Origin: Octopus bimaculoides
Lineage: Eukaryota
Assembly: GCF_001194135.2 (NCBI RefSeq)
Contig: NC_068982.1
Coordinates: 95,874,798 to 95,938,797 of the forward strand
Direction: 5' to 3'
DNA length: 64,000 nt
Shown here piece after piece: positions 39,390 through 49,237 of the stretch. The position numbers were made by a program, and so were the translations under genes. The notes under the pieces were generated by a model. It ran no database searches and was not told the origin of the DNA. It worked only from the letters and a program-made list of their open reading frames with translations. How positions within the stretch are numbered: position 1 is the first letter of the stretch; every line of letters begins with the position of its first letter.

Positions 39390-39874
39390 GTTCTAAAGAT
39401 ATTTTGGCTCAGACAGAGAGAGAGAATAAAGCTGAATCTTCAAAAGAAAGTGAAACCTCAAAGAAACCTCTTGTTCTTACAACAAAAAGAGATGATGAAT
39501 CTAATTCTTGGCTAAATCTGACTGGAGTAAATCAGTATTCCTATACCAGTGTTTCCTCTGGCTCCCTGAATCAGTTTGTCATGAGAGAAAGCTGCATCAA
39601 TAATGACCAGCAAGCATTATTACATCAAGACCATTCTACAGATGTTAAATCTTGGAGCAATGCAGAAGACTTCTTCATTGAATCACAAATTGGGATTTCA
39701 CTGAATAAGTTGGGAAACCACTCATTTAATGGCTGGTCTCATACTTTCCATTACACAAATGAAAATCCAAATGTGTACTATGAACAATCAAATATTTATC
39801 CTTCAGTATCAAATTTAATCAATCCAGTAATATTTAATTACGATGGTGAACCTAATAAATCTCTTTATCATTAA
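39390..39874 (+). CDS. MARF1: MARF1 terminal coding exon (low-complexity S/N-rich tail, ending ...YDGEPNKSLYH*)
   Basis: CTTCCCCAG acceptor, phase 1, continuous with ORF 39404-39874; stop TAA at 39872-39874. Confidence 0.8.
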
Positions 39875-39960
39875 TAACCTCTTTGAAATTTAAGATGTGC
39901 TAACATGTAGTCAGCTTTCTCTTGAAAATTTCTTCAATACTAGTTCTCAAAGAATAGTTG

Positions 39961-39966
39961 AATAAA
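39961..39966 (+). terminator. Candidate proximal poly(A) signal (AATAAA) for MARF1; a more distal AATAAA lies at 40992-40997
   Basis: Canonical hexamer about 87 nt after the stop codon. Usage cannot be seen from DNA. Confidence 0.4.
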
Positions 39967-42900
39967 GTCATAAAATGACTCAAGATTCTCAAATCTGCTA
40001 TGAGCCTATACTCAACAATATCAGCAAATTTGTCTTTGCTACATGACTTCCATCAGTTGTTTAGCACTACATTTCAAAAACTTTTTGGAGTGAAATATAT
40101 TTTTAGAAATTCAGAAGTTTTATCAACCTGTTAATTAATTTTCTTTACAAAGCCAAAAATCCATAATTTTGAAATATTTAAGATTTTTTTTCTCTTAAGT
40201 ATTCATATAAAACAAATGCATATATTATAAATCCATGTAATTTGCTCTGAAAGTTTTAAATGTCATAAACAATTTCCAATATTTTTATCCAATTTCCTGA
40301 AGGTCTTATTTGCTCAAATGGATGACTAGCTTTCTGCTTTTATCATTTACTTTTAGATAAATGTTAAGTAATGAGAAGCATTGTATATTTATTGTACAAA
40401 AAAAATTCTTCTCCCAGATTTGTTATTTGGAGGGTTTATATTTATATTTTTTCTTTGATAGATATATATTTATATATGCTTTTCTTTAAAGCTTTCATGT
40501 CATTTTTGTATATACAAATATAACTTTGTTATTGAAAACTAAAACTTAATTTTTACATTTGTATATTTTAAAGCTTATTTTCGTTTCAAAGGATACTCTT
40601 TACTATCCAAGATCAGCAAGTGTTTTCATTTGCTTTTTTTAATTTTTAACTTTTTGTTTTATATTTTATGTAACAGAAAGAAAAAAAAACTTATGTAAAG
40701 TTTGTAAATAGAAAACTTTGTAAAAATTGGACCTTTTTAGAATCCTCCTAACGTTTCAAATTTTCGAAATTTTGGATAAAAATCTACAAAAATTGAAGCA
40801 TTATAAAATTTGCAACTACGTCTCAGAATTATTTCAAACCTATCAAATGAATTTGCCAACTGAAATGTAACAATGGTTTGTCATTAGATTGAGAAGAGAT
40901 ATGTAAAGAGTTAAAATTGTTACTCGACATTCTTCTCACATTACATATTTTATCAAGTTTCTATCGAAAAATGTAAATTATTTTTAATACAAATAAAATT
41001 TTACAAAACATTCTAGGGTTTTGTGTGAGTTATAGTGAGTACCATGGAGATAAATCCACACCTAATTCCAGGATGATGGCTTACATTTTATATTGGTGAT
41101 AGTTTTTACCCTGTAAACCTACATTGGTTAACACATCAGACTAGTTCATCGGTTCACAAATTTTATATGCAATTCGGGATCAATGGACAAGCACATTTTT
41201 TGTGTCTTTTTAAATTCACTTGTATTTTCAACTAATGTACTACTTAATGCTTCTGTGCATAGTTTAAATGGGAGCAGCTTTGGTAAATGATGGTTAGTTT
41301 TAATGATGGCTACAAAAACAATGGCATTTTACAGTATACTGAAAAGGCTGAACAATTCTTTGATCATTTTGCCAACTTAATCTAGTTCCAGGTAAGAACC
41401 ACAAACTGTACATTGTAATATTTGATATCTTAGCATTATTAATCAAGTACACTAGCATCAACTATTAACACAAAAAAACCACTGGCTGTGATGTTGGCAT
41501 AATCCTTATTTTTACTTGCTTTCAAACTTTTGAAACCAAATGTGGTTTTCAATTGCTACCTTTCAGATGTTCAGACACCATCTTGTTTATAGCCTATTCA
41601 GAAGGGAAAAGAAAACCCCATCTTCAATATATGACTGTTATTTATTGACAAGATACAAGACAAAACTGAATCTCAGCAAGATCTGAATTCTAATTCTGAG
41701 CCAAGAAATCCTGAAGAAATAACTACAAATTATTTTATCTTATTAAAATAATTCCACCAATTTATCTTGGCAGCCTATTAACTGTTTGGATAGAGCATTT
41801 CAGCATTCTTCCATTAAATTCATGTTCTTTGCATATCTCTTCAGATAAGGTTCTTCATTGAAATTTGTCTACCTGCTGCTAACAGCTCAACTTTCAAGTT
41901 GAGCCATTAACAGCAAGAAAGCCATCCAGCTTCCTGAATTTCATTTTGTCTTTTGCCTCATCTCTTTCACAAGTAGTTAGCTTTGTTGACTTTGATATAG
42001 AAAACTCATCTTGATAAATGTATCACCCTGGCATTGTTGGTGCAAAGACTGTAATGATTTCCGCAAAACTATCTTTACAAGTTACATTTTACATCCATGT
42101 CTTGCTTGCTTACCAAGGCAACATAGGTGCAAATCTTCTGGTGTTTTAAATTCAATTGGAAGATACTTTTGCACATCAAATAGACAGTTGCTCCCAAATT
42201 GCAGCAGTCTTTTAACCAGTTGCCAAATATTCTTTTCAGAATCTTCCTAATGGTACCCATCAACCAAGTTAACTTCTTTAACAGTATTTTTTTTTCACTA
42301 AGAGATGCTTCCATGTTCATCACCTGCTTTAAGTTCTTAATTTGACACTGCATGTGCTAAGCAAAACTCATCCTCCACCCCCCACCTCGTCATGGGTTTG
42401 TTTTCTTTTTTTTATATGGTGACTAAGTGGCCACACAATCTATTTCAAAAATACCTGAATCTTCCACATGCAACACTCCATAAAACAAATTAATGTATTC
42501 CTCAATAACCTTACAATGACAGGATAGCTATGGTTCGAATCCCATTGATCAAAGAGCTCTTCCATTATGATTGATTAACTTGTCCTTTGATCAGTTTATA
42601 ACCCATAAGATGACCTGTCAAAAGAAAATTCCCTATTCATCACCCTTAAGTGGTGTGCTCGACGTTTAGCTCTTGTCATTGCTTCATTCTTCAATCTCTC
42701 TCGCTTCAGCTTTGTAAACATGGCTACATACTACTTTTGTCACTCATTTCCTGAACTGAAAACTGTGTCAGATTGCAGTATTTACTGAGTCTGTCGCATC
42801 CATGCCTACTGAAATTTGGAGTACTCATGTTAAGTTCTTGTTATTCCTTCAGTAAATTAACTTGTTACTTAATGCACACCCTGAAACAATGGAAGAGGAG

Positions 42901-43314
42901 AGGTGCTACACGGTCACTCAACCTGCTAAAAATAGCAGTAAAATCTGCAAATCACATTAATTTGTTAATTTACATACCTAGGTGAAAGTTTGGTCTTTGT
43001 AAGCAAAAGACAAAGATGGATATGTTTCAGTATGATAGACTGCATCAGCTAAGTATAGTTTGCTTGAGCCTGCCTCATCAGTTTACAAAAACCTTTACAT
43101 AGTTACAAATATTTTTGATAGTGACCAAAGATTGAAGGAAGGGAAATAACTAGAATGAACTAATGTCATAAATTTAGATAAATTGATTTAATGAATGCTG
43201 TTTTCAAAAATGGAGACAATTTCAAGGAATTTACATGCCAAGTCATCAAGTTCTTTGAAATTTCTGAAAGCTGAAAGAAAATTAACGGTATTCAATACAT
43301 CATTCCTTGGTATA

Positions 43315-44767
43315 AACTGTTGTTCAAAACTATAAAACCAGAGCACTGTCTGGTTTTTTTTTTTCTGGTAAAATATCCTACCCAAATTCATGAAACTCAC
43401 CTCTAGATAGGAAATGGAATAGAAGGCATTTCATTGTTCAAATTTAGTGAAATTCAAAAAAAAAGTCAAAAACTTCTTGTTCAAAACTAATGCCAGGTTG
43501 AATAATGAAGCAAAACAGGGAAATTATATATTTCATCATGCAATATATCAACAATAGTGTGTTTGACCATCACCTTTGTGGATTACTTCAAAAACATATA
43601 ATTTCATACTCCTAATCAACTTCTGCAGCAGAGCAAGTGGAAGCTCTTCCCAGGCCTTCTTTATTGCCATTTTGCATTCATCAACAGGTGAATACTGCTC
43701 GCCTTCACCATACACAATGTTCATGAGATATCCCCAAGCATTCTCTATAGGATTAGAGTTGGGACTTCTTGCTGGCCATGGCATGACTTCAACCCTGATT
43801 GCCTAGGAAATCCAAAGTTGCCTTTGCTTTATGAATAGGAACGTTGTCTTGTTGAAACATGAAGCTCTTGCCACAAAGCCACCTTCATCAATGTGAGCCC
43901 CATCCAACATATCGATATATCATGCAGCATTGAAACAGTCATACATAAGTGGCAGCTTCCCATTGGCAGATATTGCTCCCCACATCATAATATCTCCTCC
44001 ACTGTTCTGCCACTTGAAATAAGTATTTTGCATACATTTATCAGCCCAGTAATACTTATAACCATTGGGACCATCCAAATTCCATTTTCTCTCATCAGAG
44101 AACAGAACCCTGATCCATTCACCATCTGCTATGGAGCAAACTCCAATCTAACAGGGTTGTGGGAAGAGGACAATAACAGACGTCCAAGCCGGTTTAAAAT
44201 CACTCTTTTTACGGATGTTGAGGCTCCTGCTGATGCCTTGATCTTAAACAAAAGAGCAGCATGACTTCGTCACAGCCTGACAATGGTCCTTTCATCACTT
44301 ACTAATGTAGCCTTTGGATGCCTACCAGCATGGATCCTGTAGTAGCTGTCAAGATCTTACAGAAAATTGTCCACTGATTTTCTGCTTTACTGAATCTTCT
44401 TGACAATCTTCTGTTTTCAGTGCAAGAATCTTCCTTTGCTCAATTTCAGAAAGCTTTGTAGCTTTAGGCACACTGAAAATGTAATTTGGATTACAGTGAA
44501 TACAATTGAATCAAATATTTTCCAAAACAATCTGGAAAGAAATGAAAACGTATTAGCGGCTTTATAGTTTTGAAGTGTTGATATGGCAGGGAAAATTGAA
44601 AAAGTGTTGTAATGTGATGATAAAGGTACAAAGTCTTTTTTACATTTCAAAGTATTCACGAAATGTCCATTTACAGTAGATTATGCCCCTTAGTCCACTT
44701 AAATACAGAGCTAAATTTCTAAATAACTTTAAAAAAGCATGTGGCTTTATAGTTTTGAACAGTAGTT
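43315..44767 (-). mobile_element. Tc3-like (DD34E) transposon fossil, 1453 bp, with TA TSD and IR/DR-type ends
   Basis: SDERKWNLDGPNGYKYYW, FQQDNVPIH and WPARSPNSNPIENAWG. End motifs AACTGTTGTTCAAAACTATAAA and AACTACTGTTCAAAACTATAAA, with TA at 43313-14 and 44768-69. Confidence 0.88.
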
Positions 44768-44861
44768 TATTATCTAAAAATACAGGTATTTGGTAATGGT
44801 TAGTTTTGTATCCCTGATGTTATTAAAACAATTTAGAAACAGATTTTTAAGTTCTTCATTC

Positions 44862-44867
44862 TTTATT
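44862..44867 (-). terminator. AATAAA poly(A) signal overlapping the B3GNTL1 stop codon (TAATAAA)
   Basis: Minus strand reads TTT AGT TAA TAA AG, followed by a GT/T-rich stretch about 25-40 nt downstream. Confidence 0.45.
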
Positions 44868-44946
44868 AACTAAAATAATGATAATCTTGATTTTCTTTTA
44901 GATGAAGTGAGTTTAAATTTTCTTCAAATTTTCCTCCTGTCAAATC
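44866..44946 (-). CDS. B3GNTL1: B3GNTL1/QTGAL terminal exon: DLTGGKFEENLNSLHLKENQDYHYFS*
   Basis: TTTTAATCTAG acceptor. Matches the recalled human C-terminus [26 protein letters not shown]; stop TAA at 44868-44866. Confidence 0.95.
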   Translation of the reverse strand, partial: DLTGGKFEENLNSLHLKENQDYHYFS

Positions 44947-46614
44947 CTAGATTAAAAGAGAATATAGCATTAGGAGAGGTTTTAAACTTCTGTTAACTGT
45001 GAGGAATTGGAAAGCTGTTTTAGATGTCTCAGATAATGCTAATAATATTACTGATGCAGATATGTAAATATCTCTGAATCATTTCAATTTTAGTACATGT
45101 ACTTCCAAAGCAAGTACACGGACATGTAAATATCATTAGTATGGTTGTGTGGTTAAGAAGCTTACTTTCCCAGTCATGTGATTTCAGGCTCAATCCTACT
45201 GCATGGCATCTTAAATGTCTTTTGCCTGAGAACAGGTAATGTTATTGTATGCATATTAATCCAGTTTCCCAAGAATGTCGAACGTACTCCTTTAAGGCCT
45301 TAGCTTAGCTAATCCCATCAGCAGTGACTCTGACTTTATTGAATTTCATTTCTCTAAAGAATTTTCTAGTTATCATCACTAATCTAATCTACACACCTCT
45401 TCATACACACCAAGAATTTTTCTCGATGCAACAAATTTTTTAGCTTCAATCAATGATTTATTTCTAAATTCAATTTTTCTCTATTCCATCTAACATCTAT
45501 AAACCCTGCTTACAGGAGTTTCTTTATAAAAACAGATGCAAAATTGGACAATTCCAAAGTCAAATGATCAATTAGACATGGTCTATGGCTTAACTGGCTT
45601 TGCCTGAAAGAGTAGGTATCTATAAAGTACTGAATTTATTGAAAACCTGTTCCACTTTGGCCTTTTCCCTCATTTTTTACTCCCCGTATGCCCCCTCACC
45701 TCCTAGCATTAAATTGCATCCCTAGGGTTCATATTTTTTCAAACTGCATGACAGCCTCACAAGTGCTGGTGGCATGAAAAATACACCCAGTACACATTGT
45801 AAAGTAGTTAAATGAGGGCATTCAGCCATGGAAATCATACTGGAGAATGAATCTTGTCAAACTGTCCAACCCAAGCCAACATAAACATTAAATGAAATTA
45901 TGTTTCTCTAGTGCTGCTATTATTGTCACCTTAAGATAAGGTTCATTATTTTAGTTTACAGTTGAGTTATTAGTGTTATAACTTGTGAACAATCTTAGAT
46001 AGCCTAAAGAGTTTATAATTTCTAAAATAATTTAATGGAATCTTTGAAAATTTATGGACTATTCACTTTCTTTAAACATCCATTCGTGCAAAAGAATAAT
46101 TTTAATGTTCACTTCTCCATGCTTGCAAAGATTGAACAAAATTTATTGAGACAAATTTTCTTTGGTCAGATATCCTTCCTGTTGCTCAGCAAAGTAATAT
46201 ATTTCTAGGGCCTGATATATTTTCAAAGATTGAAAATTAATGACACCACTTGTATGATGATGGCACTCATTTGCAATTATCACATATATGACAGGCTTCT
46301 TTCAGTTTCCCTCTACCAAATTCATTTGCAAGGCTTTAGTTGACCCAAGGCTATGGTAAAAGATACTTGCCTGAAGTGCCACACAGTCAGACTGAACCTG
46401 AAACTACGCCATTGGGAAGCAAAGTTCCTAACCAATACATCCATACTCTTGTCTAGTTCTGTAAAATACTGCAACAATTTACATGTTTAAACCTTCAGTA
46501 TATTTATTTTTTGTGCTATTTGAAGCAAATATTCTATAACAGCATGAAATATTGGCCAGACAAATATTTTTCTAAGTTATGTAGATCATAGAGAAAATGA
46601 CAATGTAAACTTAC

Positions 46615-46689
46615 CATCTTCATACAAATGACTACTGGGGGTTCTGCCTTGCTGAAATGACAAATTGGGACTCTCGGCTTTGGGCTTTC
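46615..46689 (-). CDS. B3GNTL1: B3GNTL1/QTGAL exon: ESPKPRVPICHFSKAEPPVVICMKM
   Basis: CTCCAG acceptor and ATG|GTAAGT donor. Aligns to the recalled [25 protein letters not shown]. Confidence 0.94.
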
Positions 46690-46919
46690 CTGGAGATAAT
46701 CCAAAACAAAACAGACAGATTTTTAGAAACACATACATTCAATAAAATATTTCCACTTTTTTTTTACCTCCCCATTTCATTTCATGCCTAGCAGAAGGCC
46801 CAAGGCCGAGGTCTCTGAAGGATATTATAGTTAGTTACTACTAAATTTGATCTTTGAAGGGTTGTAAAACATCACTTGGAATTAAAAACTTGGGTTTTGC
46901 TGATGCCCAAAAAACTTAC

Positions 46920-46988
46920 TTGGGATTCTTCATATATATAAACAGCTTTCTTTATTTTTTTGGCATCCACATCACAAAACATGGAAAC
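46920..46988 (-). CDS. B3GNTL1: B3GNTL1/QTGAL exon: VSMFCDVDAKKIKKAVYIYEESQ
   Basis: TTCCAG acceptor and CAA|GTAAGT donor; phase 0-0. Contains the FCDVDxxKI motif. Confidence 0.94.
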
Positions 46989-47174
46989 CTGGAATAATAT
47001 ATGCACATATATCCACCATTGTTAAGTAAAACAAGACTGAAATTTCAAAAACTTTTTAAATTTCAAAATTTTAAAAATTAAGAACTTTGTAGCTGTAATA
47101 TTCCCATTAAATTTTTTAAATTCATAATCAATGTAGCAATGATTTAAAGTGAAAGAACACTAGTTACATAATAC

Positions 47175-47361
47175 AAGCATGTCTGTGTGGTTAAGAACTT
47201 CACTTTGCAACCAGGTGGTTTCAAGTTCCGTCCTACTATGTGGCACCTAAGGCAAGTGTCTTTTCCTACAGCCCCCAGGCCAACCACTGCTTTGTGAGTG
47301 AAATTGGTAGACAGAAATTGTTTGCAGGCCCATCAAGTGTATATGTGTATATATATACATA

Positions 47362-47432
<71 letters not shown>

Positions 47433-48012
47433 CGAAATCGCACTAAATTTGACAACTGGCACCCATGCCAATGTCGTCTCCTTCATTGGACACTAAACTC
47501 GGCTTGCGAAGACCTGTTGGGGCAAGCGAAAGCGAAATCGTGATGGCACCTGTGCCCAACATCACCTTCCTGGCACATGTAAAGACATTCGAGCGAGATC
47601 GTTGCCAGTGCTGCCGGACTGGCTCCTGTGCAGGTGGCATGTAAAATACACCATTTTGAGCATGGCCGTTGCCAGTACCGCATGACTGGCCTTCGTGCCG
47701 GTAGCACATAAAAGCACCCACTACACTCTCTGAGTGGTTGGCATTAGGAAGGGCATCCAGCTGTAGAAACTCTACCAAATCAGATTGGAGCCTGGTGTAG
47801 CCATCTGGTTTACCAGTCCTCAGTCAAATCGTCCAACCCATGCTAGCATGGAAAGTGGACGTTAAACAATGATGATGATGATAACTTAGTGATTTGGCAT
47901 AAGAGACCAACAGATTTAAAATATAAGTACTAGAATCGACTTCTTTGTATGAAACCCATCAAGGCAGTGCCCCAGCATGGCCACATTCAAATGACCGAAA
48001 TAAAAGGTAAAA
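47175..48012 (+). mobile_element. Old family-B SINE interrupted in its microsatellite by a family-C element (about 47430-47882, (GAT)n tail)
   Basis: B head at about 47175-47340 and B tail at about 47885-48012. The insert ends ...CCAACCCATGCTAGCATGGAAAGTGGACGTTAAACAATGATGATGAT, as does 57955-58168. Confidence 0.7.
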
Positions 48013-48325
48013 AGGTATGTAATATATCTACATGTTTGCAATGTTCACATAAGAGAGTATGATAGTTATAGTCAGTCTCTAAGGAAGACAATCCTTTCAA
48101 GCAAGTATTTCTATGTTAACAGTTAATTTGAATTATGATAGGTTTATAGGTAAAAGATGTTTAATGAGGGAATTCCAAATGAATACAATTCCGATGAAGA
48201 GGAATTGAGCAAAGTGCTTCATATTAAGCCTGGTGCAAGAATAAGAGAAACAGTAAAGATAAATGGAATGGATTGGTTTAAGTACAAAACAAAGTTAACA
48301 CATTTGGAAAAGTAAAGTCTATAGT

Positions 48326-48716
48326 GTTGTTGTTGTTGGCACTCCGTTGCTTACGATGTCGAGGGTTCCAGTTGATCCGATCAACGGAACAGCCTGCTCG
48401 TGAAATTAGCGTGCAAGTGGCTGAATACTCCACAGACACGTGTACCCTTAACATAGTTCTCGGGGATATTCAGCGTGACACAGTGTGACAAGGCTGACCC
48501 TTTGAATTACAGGCACAACAGAAACAGGAAATAAGAGTGAGAGAAAGTTGTGGTGAAAGAGTACAGCAGGGTTTGCCACCATCCCCTGCCGGAGCCTCGT
48601 GGAGCTTTTAGGTGTTTTCGCTCAATAAACACTCACAACGCCCGGTCTGGGAATCGAAACCGCGATCCTATGACCGCGAGTCCGCTGCCCTAACCACTGG
48701 GCCATTGCGCCTCCAC
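48326..48716 (-). mobile_element. SINE family A copy, TSD AAAGTCTATAGT
   Basis: TSD at 48314-48325 and 48718-48729. Confidence 0.93.
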
Positions 48717-49101
48717 CAAAGTCTATAGTAAGTAGTAGAAAAGCAGAAGAAATAGACAAAGAATACAACTCATTGAAGAAAGAGGGAGAAGTATTTATAA
48801 TGTTGTAGCTATTGATTGGCTTTGATTGAGCAGGCTTATTAAAGCATTCCAGTCATGACAAAACTGATATCTTTAGGGACATGATGGGTCTACATTATCA
48901 AATATGTCTATTATTTAAGACAGCAAAAGGTTTGACTACTATTTCTAGCAGTTCATGTGACCATTTAGAGACTTCCTTATTGACTTGTAATTATTAAGCT
49001 TTCTTTGAATGTGATCAAGGATGTGTACTGCAGGTGTTACATCTCAAGAAGAGAAACATTGAAAATTTAGAAATTTCATAGAATAAAAAAAAATTAATTA
49101 C

Positions 49102-49237
49102 CTTTTTTCTATTGTCCGGTTTCAAAGAACGATAAAATTTGCGTCCCTGTTTGCCAGCATTCCAAATGGTAAAATGTGATAGATGGTTGAGAATGTCTCT
49201 CTCAAATCGTTGAAGTCGAATATTCCAAATTGTTTCC
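49102..49237 (-). CDS. B3GNTL1: B3GNTL1/QTGAL exon: ETIWNIRLQRFERDILNHLSHFTIWNAGKQGRKFYRSLKPDNRKK
   Basis: TTTCAACAG acceptor and AAG|GTAATT donor; phase 2-0. The FTIWNAGKQGR motif is identical to the recalled human B3GNTL1. Confidence 0.96.

Noticed and set aside
40380-40720. U-rich CPE/ARE-like motifs in the putative MARF1 3'UTR
   Set aside because: Expected by chance at this AT content, and the UTR extent is unknown.
42560-43090. Short minus-strand ORFs (MFTKLKRERLKNEAMTRAKRRAHH...; ADAVYHTETYPSLSFAYKDQTFT*) and acceptor-like sites, considered as QTGAL terminal exons
   Set aside because: The true terminal exon, collinear with human, is at 44866-44946; these pieces are short and unassignable.
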